Notes under the pieces: model-generated
The model's database searches: none
Seen by the model: only the letters and a program-made list of their open reading frames with translations
What the model was told of the DNA's origin: nothing
Position numbers and translations under genes: made by a program
Assembly: GCF_963921235.1 (NCBI RefSeq)
Contig: NC_086103.1
Span: forward strand, 54,374,001 to 54,438,000
Direction: 5' to 3'
Length of the DNA: 64,000 nt
Source: Mobula hypostoma
Lineage: Eukaryota
Shown: piece after piece, positions 1-14,470 of the stretch
How the letters are laid out: each line of letters opens with the position of its first letter
Position numbering within the stretch: position 1 is the stretch's first letter

Positions 1-2995
1 GAGTGATAGGGCTGAGGATGGGATAGTTGGTTTGAAAACAGGGTAAGTGTGTAGTGAGGCCCTTAGCAAGGAGAGCGTGATGATAGGGCAAAATTGCAGT
101 CAACAGGATGAGTTGCAATGTAAAAGGTGGACAAAATTGAAAAGAATGAATACAGCACTGAAGGATTTATATTTAAATCTGTGCAGTATATGGAGTAAGG
201 TAGGTAGACTCATAGTACAGTTACAGATAGGCATGTATGATGTTGTGGACATCACTGATCATGGTTGGAAGAAGATTATTGCTGGGAGATTAACGTCCAA
301 ATATATACATTGTATTGAAAGGACAGATAGGTAGGCAGAGGGGGTAGGGTCGGTGTATTGGTAGAAAATGAATCAAGTCTTTGGAAAGACATGACAGAAG
401 ATCAGAAGGATTGAATCCTTGTGGGTATAGCTATGGAACTGTAAGGGTAAGAAGACCCTGATTTGAATTATATGCAGACCCCCAAGCAGTAGTAAAGATG
501 TGGTCTACAGATTAAAATGGTAAATAGAAAATATATGTTAAAAGGGCAATGTGATAGTAGTCATGAGGGATTTCGATTTGGAGATAGATTGGGAAACGTA
601 GGTTGATGCTGGATCCCAAGAGGTGGAATTTGCATCGTGCCTATGAGCTGGCTTTTCAGAGCAGCTCACTGTTGGAGCCCACTAGAGGATCAGCTATTCT
701 GGATTCAGTGATGTGCAATGAATTGGAATTGATTAGAGAGGTTAAAGTATAGAAACCCTTAGGGGCCAGTGATATGAGACAATATGAGAGAATTCACCAG
801 CAACCAGAGAAGAAAAAGCTGAAGTCAGATCCATCGGCATTGCAGTGGAGTAAAGGGAATTACAAAGACATGAAAGAGGAGCTGGATAAAATCGACTGGA
901 AGGCGACAACAGCACGGATGACAGCAGGGCAGCAACGGCTCGTGTTTCCGGGAGAAATCTGTAAGGCACAGTGTAGATACATCCCAAAAAAGAAGCATCT
1001 CAAAAGGCAGGATCATGTACCTGTGGCTGACAAGAAAAGTCAAAACCAAGATAAAAGCCAAAGAGAGGACATATAAGAAAGTAAAAAATTAGTGGGAAGT
1101 TAGAGGATTGGGAACCTTTTAAAAACAAACAGAAGGCAACTAAAAAGTTATAAAGAAGGAAAAGATGGAATATGAAGGTAAGCTAGCCAATAATATTAAA
1201 GAGGATATCAAACGTTTCTTCAGAGATATAAAGCGTAAAAGAGAGGTGAGAGTATATATCAGACTGCTGGAAAATTACACTGGTGAGGTAGTAATGGGGG
1301 ACAAGGTAATGGCAGACAAACTGAATAAGTATTTTGCATCAGTCTTCACTGAAGACATTAACAGTATGCTGGAAATTCAAGAGTATTAGAAGGCAGAAGT
1401 GAGTGAAGTTGCCATTACTGTGGAGAAAGTGCTTGGGAAACTGAAAGGTCTGAAAATAGATGTCACCTGGACCAGATGGTTTGTACCGCAGGGTACTAAA
1501 AGAGATTGCTGAAGAGTTTGTGGTGGCATTAGTGATAGTTTTTCAAGAATCATTAGATTCTGGCATAGTTCCAGAGAACTGAAACATTGCAAATGTCACT
1601 TCAGTCTTCAAGAAGTGAGAGAGGCAGCAGAAAGAAAATTATAGGCCAGTTAGTCTGACTTCAATGTTAGAGAAAAAGTTGGAGTTGATTGTTGAGGATG
1701 TGGTGTTGGGTTACTTGGAATCACATGATAAAATAGGTCAAAGTCAGCATAGTTTCGTTGCCTGACAAATCTATGAAAAATTCTTTGAAGAAATAACAAG
1801 TAGGATAAGCAAAGGAGAACTGGTGGATATTTTCTACTTGGATTTTCATAAGGCCTTTCACAAGGTGCCACACATAAGGCTGCTTATCAAGTTATGAGCC
1901 CATGGTACTGTAGGATAGATACTACCATGGATAGAGCATTAGCTGATAGGTAGAAGGCAAAGAGTGGGAATAAAAGGGGCCTTTTCTGTTTGGCTGCTGG
2001 GACTTGTGGTGTTCCACATAGGTCTATAAGAGGACTACTTTTTTTTTACGTTATATGTCAAAGATTTCAATGACAGAATTGATGGATTGTGGCCAAGCTT
2101 AGTAGACAATATGAAGGTAGGTAGATTTGTGGAAGTAGAGAGGCTTCAGAAGGACTTAGACAGATTAGGAGAATGGGCAAAGAAGTGGCAGAAGGAATAT
2201 AGTGTCAAGAAGTGTCTGGTCATGCATTTAGGTTGAACAAATAAAAGCATAGACTATTTTCCAAATGGAGAGAAAATTCAAAAATCTGAAGTGTAAAGGG
2301 ACTTGGGAGTTCTCTTGCAGGATTCCCTGATGGTTACTTTCCGGGTTGAGTCACTGGTGAGGAAGGCAATGCAATGCTAGCATTCATTTCAAGAGGATTA
2401 GAATTTAAAATCAAGAATGTGAAGTTGAGGCTTTATAAGACACTGTTGAGGCCTCACTTGGAGTATTATGAGCTGTTTTGGGTCAGTTATCTGAGAAAGG
2501 ATGTGTTGACATTGAAGAGATTTCAAAGGAGGTTCGCGAAAGTGATCCCAGGAGTGAAAATCTTATATAAGGAGTGTTTGAAGGCTCTGGGTCTGTACTC
2601 TAAAAGAATGAGTGGAATCTCATTGAAACTTATTGAATGTTGAAAGGGCCTGTTAGAGTCATTGTGGAGAGGACGTTTCCTATGGTGGGGGAGTCTAAGG
2701 CTGGAGGATATGGCCTCAGAATAGAGGGATGCCCATTTAGAATAGAAATGAGGAGGAATTCCTTTAGCCAGAGAGTGGAGAATCAGTGAAATTTGTTGCC
2801 GCAGGTGGCTGTGGAGGTCACATCATTGGGTATATTTCAGGCAGAGGTTGATGGATTCTGATTGGTCAGGGTGTGAATGGGTACAAGGAGAAAGCGGAAG
2901 ATTGGTTCTGAGAGGGAAATGGATCAGCCGTGATGAAATGGTGGAACAAATGGCCTAAATCAGCCTCTATATCTAATGGCCTTATGGTCTTATTT
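1..2995 (+). mobile_element. Decayed CR1 LINE ORF2 (APE endonuclease + RT) with 3' end
   Basis: Frameshifted ORF pieces carry CR1 motifs: WSKGNY..MKEEL (774-1076), YEGKLANNIKED..LNKYFASVFT (1165-1389) and LYKTLLRPHLEY (2374-2643). CR1-like 3' tail near 2950-2995. Confidence 0.9.
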
Positions 2996-3049
2996 CCTCT
3001 ATTTCCGATCGCCCTGTGCTCAATCCCATCTGCCCAGGCAGAAGAGAGG

Positions 3050-4330
3050 TAATATTGCATTAGTGCTCACCTTATAGCCTCCACGTCCTGCTGCAACAGG
3101 ATCCAACTTCCAATCACATTTTGGTATTTCTATCCTCTTCTGCATTCCATAGTATCCGCTCTCTCGCTACGTCCCTGTTTCACTCATCCCTGCCTATCTA
3201 TTCTTCACTGATCTCTGGCACTTTCCCCTACAAACACAGAAGATGTAAAATTTATCTCTGCACCTATTCCCTCATCACCATCCAGGATCGTTTCCATATG
3301 ATGTTGAAGGAATGTTCACAGGGACCTCCTCCATTCTTCCCTACTGCACCTCATATTCTGGATATGGATTCCTCTGCATCAGCAAGCCCAAGTATCCACC
3401 AGAGATACCAAAGATACAGGTAATGGAATCTGGAGAACTGCTGGCTGGCATAATCAGTGGCAATTCATTGACATACTGATTTCCTCCGCAGGTTTGTGCA
3501 GACTTGGCAACATTTTGTGGGACATCTTTATCCGCTGCAGTTGTAGGTTATTTTATTCTCCCTTCCCATTTTGATACTGAACCATTTCTTCTCAGCCTTC
3601 CCCAATACCGGGGTGGAGCATACTGTAATCTAGCAGAGCAACACCTGATAGTTGACAACTCAATTGTATAGTCTTTGACTTTTTTTTCAGGTATAGGTAA
3701 CACACACTCCCTGTGCCCTTTTCTTTTTCCTTCTGATCTACCCAAGTTCATCCAACCATTTCACCCATCACCCCAGCCCTGTCTCCCAGTTTTGTTCTCC
3801 TCTCCCACATGGTTTTGCTTGCTTATAACCCACGTTGTATATAAGCTGTCAGGTCTCCTCTCCCTTCCAACAACTGCTTCCATCTGTCCATCATCCCTCC
3901 CTTATCTGGATCCACTTAACACCTTCTTGAATTATCAGATTCTAGCACCTGCAGCCCCTCATGTTTTCATGTCAACTCCAGCATCTGTCTCTACTTCCAT
4001 CATCCCCTCCCTCTGCCTCCATCTATCCCTCTTTTTCTCATCTGTCTCCATTCATCATCCACCAGCCACTGTCTCTCAAACCCTCAATTTTCTGGCTCTT
4101 TTTCCTCATCATCTCCCTCCTCATGGAGTTCCACTTACCATTCACCAGCTCCTGCCTCTCCCTGTCCTTTCACCTCTTTATACTGGCTAACTCCGCTCCA
4201 CACTTCAGGTACTGCTACAGGGTCTTAACCCTTTTGGCTCCACAGATGCTGCATGACCCACAGAGTTTCTCTAGCAATTTGCTTTGCGCTTACTCGAGAT
4301 TATAACATCTGTAGTTTCTTGTATCCTTCA
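3050..4330 (+). mobile_element. Highly decayed Penelope-like element (PLE) fragments
   Basis: Resembles the other PLE pieces in the window: GIY-YIG-region remnant near 3215-3290, pyrimidine-rich 3' UTR, and an end motif CAGATGCTGCATGACC near 4241. Confidence 0.5.
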
Positions 4331-6745
4331 AATTCAATCATTTTAGATTACTCTTTACATTTTCTCATTTTAGTCTGTTGAGAATTCCTACTGGAAAATC
4401 AACTTTCATGAAAAGAGGCTTCATTGATAAATAGATTCTGCTGCTATGGCCATGAGTTCAGAAGTGATTTATTATTGGTCGAATTAAGTGAAATCCGCTC
4501 AACAAAACATGGGAAGTAATTCAGAGTAAAGTTTGCTAACAATATGCTGAGGGTTGATGCTGAAGTGTGCTTGAGAAAATATTAGGAAAATCATCATCAC
4601 AAACCAATTAAGTGATGAACCTCATGATTAAACTCCCAGAATGTGTTGAAGGTCAAGCAGGAAAAAACACTTCAGTACTCACATTCTGAAATGACTTCTG
4701 CAGTGCTGATGAAGTGAGATTGCTCTCGTTGCTTAACATCACTCTCCAGTTTGCTTCTAATTTCTTCATAAAGGGCGTCATTAAAAGAAACAAATTGATT
4801 CCTGTCAGATTGAGATAGTTAGTCAAGCAATAAGTATGATGTAATCCACAGAAATTACAGGTTAAAAATCACAAGAATGCATTGCTATTTCTTTTCAACT
4901 TTTCCATCTGGAATAAATTAATCTTTAATGGTGATTTTACCATATAAATAGTTTAATATGATGGTATAGAATGACTTGAGCTTTGGTAAATGATACAAAT
5001 GTATTTCCATTAATCAAAGCAAAGTGATATGCAGGCAAAGGAAAATGAGGTCTTACGCTACATTTCAAAAGGTGTTTAAGATTGAGGCCAACAGGGAATT
5101 AAATCAACCAAATACATACTGCACAAAGATACCAGGAAAATGATTCTACTGGCGTTAAATTGATAGGTAGATCAAGTGAAAAAATTGCAAAACAACCAAG
5201 TATTGGAGCAGTGGATCCCCAAAACACTTATTCTGTTAGAAAGAAAGATGCTCAATTTGATATTTTGTATATCAGTTGTTCCAGCATTCCTTTGTGAGAA
5301 AAATACTATAATTACTATCTTCTCAGAAAGATATATAGCAAAGGAAATCATATCACACACCATATTCAACATCATTTTCCATTTTACCTCCATTTCAAGT
5401 ATATTTAAAAAATAACTTATCTTCCATATTGTAAAGAATATCAAACTTGGTTTTTAGAGATCATATAAAATCAGGAAGAATTCTTACGAACCTAAAATGG
5501 CTAACACATGGAGTAACCACTGTTGTAACCTTTACATGTTTATATATTATATATTTATACAGTAATGTAGTATGATAATTAATTTGCAAGGTGGACTTGG
5601 AAGCTATAAGAATTCACAATACAAATTTCAAGTTTATTGGAGGAAGTACATTTCTAAAATAATTTGTATTGCTATTGTATACTTAACTTTTCGGAATAGA
5701 TTTGACCATTCTGAGTGAGGAGCTTATGAGAAAGTTTATATGCACTGCCAGCAGAATCCAGATGCAATATACAAAGCTCTGCAAAATAGCAAGATCCCAG
5801 ATGCGTTTTTTAAACTAAAGTCCAAAGCAAAATTGCAGAGATCATAGTTACAGAGGAAGTGCCTACTTGGGAAAGTGGGTAGAGAGTCATGTATATCTTA
5901 AGGGAGAAGAAACATTCAGCTTTACCTGGAGGAAAAACAGAGAAAGTACTGAAGAAACCTCAGTTGGGTTGTGATATCCATTGGGGATAGAAGTTCATCG
6001 TGTAGGAGAAATAAAATGTGATAGTAAAAGCCAGAAGAAGTAAAGACCCAAGATGAAACGGGTCATGGTAAAGAGCACCATTAACAGGTAATTAATAAGA
6101 ACACAGAGAAGAACACACATATCGAGTATACAGATAAGGGGAAAGAAAATCTAAACTAATAGTTTGTATAATGATGGTTCAAATTGGGCAAATCATAAAA
6201 AATATGAATATCCTGATTCTGCAGATAGAAGGCAAATGCAAAGGAAAGTGAAAATGTTAAGTTATTTTAGCTTGTTTTTTCATTACTTTTGTTTTTCAAT
6301 TAATGTTACAGAAGGTATCAGAAGGTATGAACATGGTTTCAACATCTATCAATATAACGTTTGTAAGTGTTGAGTTGGAGACCCTGTTGGTTGAGAAAGT
6401 TATGTGGTTTGCAAGTCTTTCAATAATGTAACATTGTCACAGTTGGTCAAGAACATTTTATCTGTACCAAAATACTAAAAATGCACCATACAAATAGTTT
6501 AAGAATGCAGTAAAATAAATCAGCACCTCTTTTGAATTATATACCAGCGCTCCACATGTTATGGCTGTTTATGTAATAGCAATTCACATTTACAGAATTC
6601 AAAAGACACGACACAAGCATCTGAGATACGAAATAAAGTTTGCTCTTCCAGAATTTAAGTTTAAAAATTAATAAATAAATGCAATAAATTTTCAACTTGT
6701 GTTTCTTGACACGTGCAGATGACGTGGCCTGTCATTATGAAAAGT

Positions 6746-8252
6746 TCATAGTCATAGTCATACTTTATTGATCCCGGGAGAAATTGGTTTTCGTTGCAGT
6801 TGCACCATAAATAATAAATAGTAATAGAACCATAATAGTTAAATAGTAATATGTAAATGATGCCAGTAAATTATGAAATAAGTCCAGGAGCAGCCTATTG
6901 GCTCAGGGTTTCTGACCCTCCAAGGGAGGAGTTGTAAAGTTTGATGGCCACAGGCAGGAATGACTTCCTGTGACACTCTGTGCTGCATCTCGGTGGAATG
7001 AGTCTCTGGCTGAATGTACTCCTGTGCCCACCCAGTACATTACGTAGTGGATGGGAGACATTGACCAAGATGGCATGCAACTTAGACAGCATCCTCTTTT
7101 CAGACATCACCGTGAGAGAGTCCAGTTCCATCCCCACAACATCACTGGCCTTACGAATGAGTTTGTTGATTCTGTTGGTGTCTGTTACCCTCAGCCTGCT
7201 GCCCCAGCACACAACAGCAAGCATGATAGCACTGGCCACCACAGACTCGTAGAACATCCTCAGCATCGTCCGGCAGGTGTTAAAGGACCTCAGTCTCCTC
7301 CTAGTTGGGGCTGGTAGGCGAACTGGAGGGGATCTAAGTGTGGCCTGGCCATAGGCCGGAGCAGCTCCAGAACAAGTCACTCCAGGGTCTTCATGAGGTG
7401 GGAGGTCAATGCCACCGGTCTGTAGTCATTGAGGGCGCTGGGGCATGGCGTCTTCGGCACAGGGACGAGGCAGGACGTCTTCCACAGTACAGGAACCCTC
7501 TGGAGCCTCAGGCTCAGGTTGAATACATGGCGAAGTACTCCACATAGCTGAGGGGCGCAGGCTTTGAGCACCCTGGTACTGACACCATCTGGTCCTGCAG
7601 CCTTGCTTGGGTTGAGACATTTCAGCTGTCTTCTCACCTGTTCAGCTGTGAAGCCCACCGTGGTGGTTTCATGTGGGGAAGGGGCATAGTCATGAGAGCA
7701 GGGTGGGGGACTGTGAGGAGGGGTAGGAGGGGAGAGTGGAATATGTATGGGTTGGGGGCTGACAACAGATGACTCATGTGGGGGATGGGCAGGGGCCACA
7801 ATGTCAAATCTGTTAAAGAACAGGTTAAGTTCATTGGCCCTGTCCACACCGCCTTCCGCTCCTCTGTTGCAAGTTTGCCAGAACCCAGTGATGGTCCTCA
7901 TCCCCCTCCAGACCTCTCTCATGTTGTTCTGCTGGAGTTTCCACTCAAGCTTCCTCCTGTACCTGTCTTTAGCCTCCCTGATCCTGGCTTTCAGGTCCCT
8001 CTGTATTGCCCTCAGCTCCTCCCTATTTCCATCTCTAAACGCCCTCTTTTTAGCGTTCAGGATGTCCTTGATGTCCTTTGTCACCCATGGCTTGTTATTT
8101 GAATAACAAAGGACAGTTCTTGTCGGAACATTGCAGTCCACACAGAAGTTGATGTAATCAGTGATGCACTCTGTGAGCCCATCAATATCCTCTCCAGATG
8201 GCTCACAGAGTGCCTGCCAGTCTGTCACCTCAAAACAACCATGGAGCGCCTC
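6746..8252 (-). mobile_element. Rex1/Babar non-LTR retrotransposon, 5'-truncated, RT core internally deleted
   Basis: ORF 7377-8228 has DWQAL..NNKPWVTKDIK..KAAGPDGV..NDYRPVALTSHLMKTLE. ORF 6895-7380 has the C-terminal LRMFYESVVAS..SFLPVAIKLYN. (GACTAT)n tail at 6746-6762. Confidence 0.9.
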
Positions 8253-10360
8253 AGTTGTTGTAAGGACCGATTTCTGGGATTAACCTGAATTCCTCCCTCC
8301 CGTGATACAGGCTTTACCTGTTTTCTAAAGTACAGCACAGTAAGAAACAAAGTGATTCAAAGGATTCAAAGGTTCATTTATTATCAAAGTATACAACTCT
8401 GTGATTATTCTTCTCCAGATTGCTACAGACCAAGAAAAAAGAGAACGGCAACACAATGATCAACACCCCCCACACCCCACGTCCCCTGCACAAGACACCA
8501 CAAGAACATCAGCCTCCAAATGCCCCTCTCCTCACACAAAAAAAATGAGAAAGAATTGGCAAAAAACACAGAATGTACAAAAAACTATAAGGCTGAGAAA
8601 AAGTCCATAGTCAATCGTCTGAAACCATATCCATATCAGTATCCACAGCACAGAAAACTTTGGCAACATCCTCCAGGCACAGTAGTAGGCCACACAATTT
8701 CCCCTCTCCGATAGCAGAGCGATTCCACCAGCGATCAAAAGGGAGGCAGTCGGCATTCACCTTCCGCATTCGCTTTGATATTTCAATCTCCCCCATCGCT
8801 TTAATTGGCAAACAATGGAAGCTTTATTCAACAAAATGGAATGGAACATCAGCTCACACATCCTCCCTCCCCTCCACAGCCTTCTCGCTTGAGGCTCGCG
8901 CCTGTTGGAATTCTTTCAGAGACAGCAAAATGCTGGATCACCCAAATGATCTCCAAATTGCAAATCACAGACTCCAGTTACATTGTTCATAAGAAATTTA
9001 AGAGTTCCTTGCGACTAGGTGCATTTTTGTCCTTAATGCAAAGATTATTTTGTGGTTTGGTTAAAAATGCCAAAGCTGTTGTGCACACAACACCAGACAT
9101 GTGAACTTGTATGTACATTTGTTGGATTAATGGAAAAGCAACTAAAAATGCTTGAGATTTTTGGTACACAAGTAGCCATAGCCCAGAATAAGACAGCTGT
9201 AGCAAAGTACAAAGATATGAAGTTCTGGCCTAAGTATACTCTAGAGTTAGATGCTATAGAAATGTTCTATCGTAAGTAAGGCAGAAAGCATTCTTGGGGA
9301 AAGGGTGTCTCGTCAAAATGGCACTGAGCTGTGATGTCCGTTGAGGTTGTGGCTCAGACTTAGTTATATTTAGGTTCATAGGGATGGTTTTGAGTACAGC
9401 ACAAAGGGATAGGTGTTGGGTTAGGATTTAGGGATAGGGATGAGGGAGAGTTAGAGGTCAGACGAAGTAAATAAAAACCTGGGGCAGAAGCTGGCAGTCA
9501 GAACCCAGGATGGAGGGAGCACTCCATAGTTAAAGGCCAGTAATCCCTGAGATCTGGTCAGTAGGAGCTGACAAAGTAGACCAACGATCCCCCATGGCCA
9601 AGGACAGGGGTCAGCGGGCTTTAGAACAAGGGCTGATGTCTCAAAGATCAGTGAATCTCAGGGATGGAGGTCCAGATGGGGCGTGTAGAAGCCTGGGTTC
9701 ATTTGGCAGGTCTGATGTCGGATTCTAGTGATCTCCAAGTATGGAGGTCAGGCCAGTAGGCATCGATGATGAAAACCTACAATGCCCAAGCTCAAAGACT
9801 GTGGCCAGTAGATCAGAGGATGAGGGTTGATGATCCTTGATAGGGGCAGGGAAGTAGGAAAGTGCTTATCTTGCAGTTGTTCTGTCTGATTTACTGTACT
9901 TCGGCTGTGTGTTGTTCTCTGAACATTGTGGGCACGGTATGTTGATGCTGGAAGCATGGTGATACTTGTGGGTTGCTATAGGCACATCCTCATATTGTGT
10001 TGGTTGTTACATGAATGATTCATGATTCTTTGTACATGTGATTAATAGATCTAATCTAATCCGATTTAAGCAGAATTAATCTTTAATGTACTACTCCCAT
10101 TATCTTTTCTCCCTTTGACCTCGTAATCTGTTCCAAGGGATCTCAACCTAGACTGAAATAACACTTCATCTAATATTTACAAGATTACAGCCATCAGGAT
10201 TCAAAACTAAATTTAACATTTCTAGTTCACTAGCCTTTTCAGTTTGATTTAGAACAGGCTAAGTCTGATGATAGTTAACAGTACAGGTTGATGAACTCAG
10301 ATTCTTGCTCCATAGATGCTGCCAGACTTCCTGAGAACTTCTAATTCTATTTAAGAGTTC

Positions 10361-11275
10361 CTACATGCACAGTTGAACAGCTTTGGAGCAAATAATGATA
10401 GATACCCCAGAAGACCATATCGGCACAGTCAACATTGGAGGACAGATCATACCTGACCTCAGGTTTGCTGATGACATTGATGGGCTGGCAGGATGTGAGG
10501 ATGAATTGGCCTGCCTCGTGAACCATCTGGCCAATACCTCTACCAGATAAGGCATGGAGATCAGTGCAGAGAAAACCAAATTGATGAGAAACAGTGAGGA
10601 TCCAATCACGACAAAAATCACAGTCAGTGGATAAGAATTAGAGATTGTCAAACTGATCAAGTATCTTGGTACTATCATCAACCAAGTTGGATCAAAGTCT
10701 GAACTTGTTGCAAGGACAGCCCAAACAATAACAATGCTGGCTGAACTAAAACTAATCTGGAGAGACAATAACATCGCTCTCTGATTCAATTTGAAACCCC
10801 TGCATGCACTTGTACTCTCCATCTTCTTGTACGCATGCGGATCAAAGAGTTTGACAGCAGACCTGCAAAAGGAAATCCAGGCAGTAGAAATAAGATGCTT
10901 CTTAATGTTCCTTGGCATCTTCTATACAGACCATGTCTTAAACTATGTAGTACAAAGAACCATCACTCAACACATGAGACACTGCGAAGATCTACTGTCC
11001 ACAGTAAAGAAGAGGAAACTGAGATGGTATGGCCATATAACAAGATAAAGTGGATTGTCAAAAACCATTCTTCAGGAAATAATACTGGGGAATATAAAAA
11101 GGGCCAGACAGTGGAAGAAATGGACAGGCAACATTGCAGGGTGGACTTGAGAGAGCTTTGTCACAACCCAGGCACTTGTCCACAAGCGTAAAAGATGGAG
11201 GCAACTGGTGCAGCGCTCATCTGTACAGCATCCCATGACCCAGGTAGGTGGGTTGCGGGATCTGTAACGTAACTA
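10361..11275 (+). mobile_element. Decayed 5'-truncated RTE-clade LINE (RT C-terminal half + 3' end)
   Basis: LRFADDIDGLAG at about 10458-10493, KYLGTII, and LLSTVKKRKLRWYGHITR (ORF 10791-11048). Short (TAAC)n-like tail near 11265-11277. Confidence 0.85.
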
Positions 11276-13589
11276 ACACCCATTGTATTTCGTGTAACAG
11301 TTTCATGTTTCATTCATTGCTATTTGAATTGTCAGCATGATTAACAATCTTTCAGCATTCTTATTTTCTTGCACTATCAACTTTTCTGTCATTCAGTCAT
11401 TATCTTTACCCTATCATAAATATTATTATTTCTTCTCTCCACTTGTCCCCCTTTTGCGCAACTTGATACATCTTTCCAAGATTAGATGAAAGCATATCAA
11501 CCTTCTTTTTCTCTCTTAACACATGCTGACTGACATACTGAATATTTCCAGCTGTTCCTTTTTTATTTTAGATGTTTTCCCATTCTTTCCATAAATTGCA
11601 ATTGTTGTAATAGCTATTACTTAACACACTTGGTTCAGTTCAGAAAATAAATATTGCATTTTGATGGACTGTGCATCCAAGGCTGAAACGAGCAATTCAG
11701 TGGCAATTTGAAGATTTAAAAGTTCAGATGTCATTTCATGTAATATTTGATATTGCATAGTAACTACACCACAGGCAGAGATGGCAGTTTACAGACATAC
11801 CTCTGTGGAGATGTTAATAAGTAACCAGGCATTGGCACAGAAATTAATACCACTGAAGCCTGTTAAATAACCAACTGCAGAAAGTGCCTAGTAATAGATT
11901 ATAATCCATAGCTGATAATGAGAGGGTCCTGAGTCAGTGACATCTACTATGGCAATATCAAGCATGCAATGTACAACCATTCAACTGAGTAAAGTGTATT
12001 CAAGTAAAATACATTGGTTTACTTACTACTGTTGAATATACTTAAGCTGAACTAACAGCTTCATGTGTATGTCATAGTTCAGTAGAGAGCTTGTCTCTGT
12101 CAATGACAGTCAGGGTTGATCTGCTCTGTTCACACGCTTCACACAATGGGATGGTATCAAACAAATGGCTGTTCCTTCATATCAAATGAAAAAATCCACA
12201 AGTTCAATCTGAATTGTTAATGTATTTATATGAATTTATTCAAAAATCAGTGTGGATAATTATTTGGACAATACCTTGCTGAAGAATAGAACAAATCAGC
12301 ACATGGTGTACTGTAGATATGCATAATTATTAAACTAAGTTTGAAACACACCTGATATTTGTTCAAGCAAATTTCATTTCTGGAATTCAACAGAAAGAAA
12401 TGATTGATAATATGATTGTGACATTACAATCAAGAAAAAGCATTTCAGGATGTATATTGTATTCATTTCTCTGACTATAAATGTACCTTTGAAACCTTGA
12501 AACTCAGAAAAACATCAAGAAGGTGAATTCCTTAGTGTTGGAAAGGAGGAAGCATAATCGCCATTTATAGAACCAGGAGGTGTTTGACTTAAACTGATGA
12601 CATAATTGAGTGAACAAGTAGATCAAATTACCTTCATTAGAGTTGAACCACATCTCAATGTGAACACTTTGATCATGAAGTTACAGTTGAGGTGAATCTA
12701 CTGCAAATATTGGGAAGTTAAATACAAAACGTAAGCAAATCTCACAAAGCAACAGAACTTCCTTTGAGTGAAATTTTGAACCAAGCATTCCAAAATTTTA
12801 TTCAATACCAAAAATTGTAGGATTTAGAAAACTTGACTAATTAATCACTAAACTAGTTCATCATTGTTATTTGTTGGTGATGCATATTCATATTGTAAAT
12901 ACATTACTGTTGCTTTAAAAAAATGTGGAAGAGTGTGCTGTATCTCCAAGCATGAATGTGATTTTCTGTCTGTAGCCATGTTGGTTCATACTGTGATGTT
13001 ATTGGGTCATGTGATATGTTTACTGTGCAACAATATAGTGTTCTCACTGTCTGTCTGAAACACTGAGCCTGCACAAGCTCCTTAAAGACTTGGCATAATA
13101 GGTAACCAGTTTAATGCTTTTGTCAAATGAAAAAAAATATCATATTTCAATGCATTAACAGAAGCATTATATATTTGCTTTATTTTTTAAAATATGCTTT
13201 TGCAATTCTCGTGTATTTTTCAGCTTTGGTTGAAGATAATACTTCACCTCTAGTCGTGTCTTCTGTCAGAGGTCATCATGGATGACACTAGAACAGCCCA
13301 CTCTGCTAACTGACGCTAAAGGCAACTCATTACTAGATTCCAAAGAATGCAGGGAAGGGCGGCCAGGCCTAAGAGAATAGGCCTTTTGCATCTGTCTCAT
13401 ATGCAGTACAGCCTATTGAGACGTCAAGGCAGCAAATTGTGTCGTTTGTGCGATTTGTTTTTTTTCTGCACATGGGGGTTGGGGTTGATGTTCTTCTTTG
13501 AACAGGTTCCATGGTTTTCTTTGTTTCATGGCTTCCTGGAGAAGATGAAGCTCAGGGTTATATATTACATACGTACTTTGCTAATAACT

Positions 13590-14017
13590 TTGAACACTGA
13601 ATATCCAGGTCATACTCTCTTCTCGCTGCTGCTATCAGGAAGGAGGTACAGGAGTCTTAAGTCCCACACCACCAAGTTCAGGAACAATTATTACCCCATA
13701 GCCATCAGAGGAAAGGGGATAACTTCACTCACACGAACGCTGAACCGATTACACAAGTTATGTGCTCACTTTTAAGGACTCTACAACTCTCAAAAATTAT
13801 TACATTTTTTGCTATCATTATTACTTTTGTATTTTATCTTTGCTTGTTATCCTTTGCACATTGGTTGTTTGCTTGTCTCTGTCATGTGCGGTTTTCCATT
13901 GATTCTATTGTGTTTCCTCCTATTTACTATGAGTGTTTGCATGAAAATTAATCTCAGGGTAGTATATGGTGCCATATATGAATGTTAAGAATAAATTTAC
14001 TTTGAACTTTGAACTTT
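13590..14017 (+). mobile_element. Rex1-like 3' end fragment
   Basis: Encodes YPGHTLFSLLLSGRRYRSLKSHTTKFRNNYYP (Rex1 C-terminus). Ends in an AATAAA + (TTTGAAC)n tail. Confidence 0.7.
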
Positions 14018-14470
14018 GCTATAGACAATGTGCGCCCTGAGCCCACTTCTCCATCATGAAGATCACAGCTGATCCTATGTCTCAGCAAGCGTTTCCAGCT
14101 GATCCCCAATGTAGATATAATGTTTGTAGTCTAAATGATGATAGTTGAGTACAGGATTATGATGATATAATTGTATGGCACATGGTTGTTGGTATTTTTA
14201 TGTCACTATGTGTCAAGATGCATGGACGTCAGTCAGAGTTACCCATTCTGATTGCGTAAAATGATGGATTTAGATTCTGTGGAGGGAGAGAATATTTGCA
14301 CCTTATACTTGGCCTCCAGAATAGTTCACTGAATATGGTTTCATTAGAAAAGGTGAATTGATTGTCCTTCCAAATCGGAAATAGAATTTAAAAAGTAGGA
14401 AATTAGAAACAATAGAAGTGAGAAAAAGTGATCCAAAAGATGTATTTTAACAGAGTAACACTGCAAACAG

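Noticed and set aside
3675-4305. 171-aa and 114-aa Pro/Leu/Ser-rich ORFs
   Set aside because: Artefacts of a pyrimidine-rich PLE 3' UTR that is poor in stop codons.
5170-6090. Purine-rich unique sequence and small ORFs suggesting a host gene or pseudogene
   Set aside because: Stops occur in all frames over the stretch and no recognisable domain is present.
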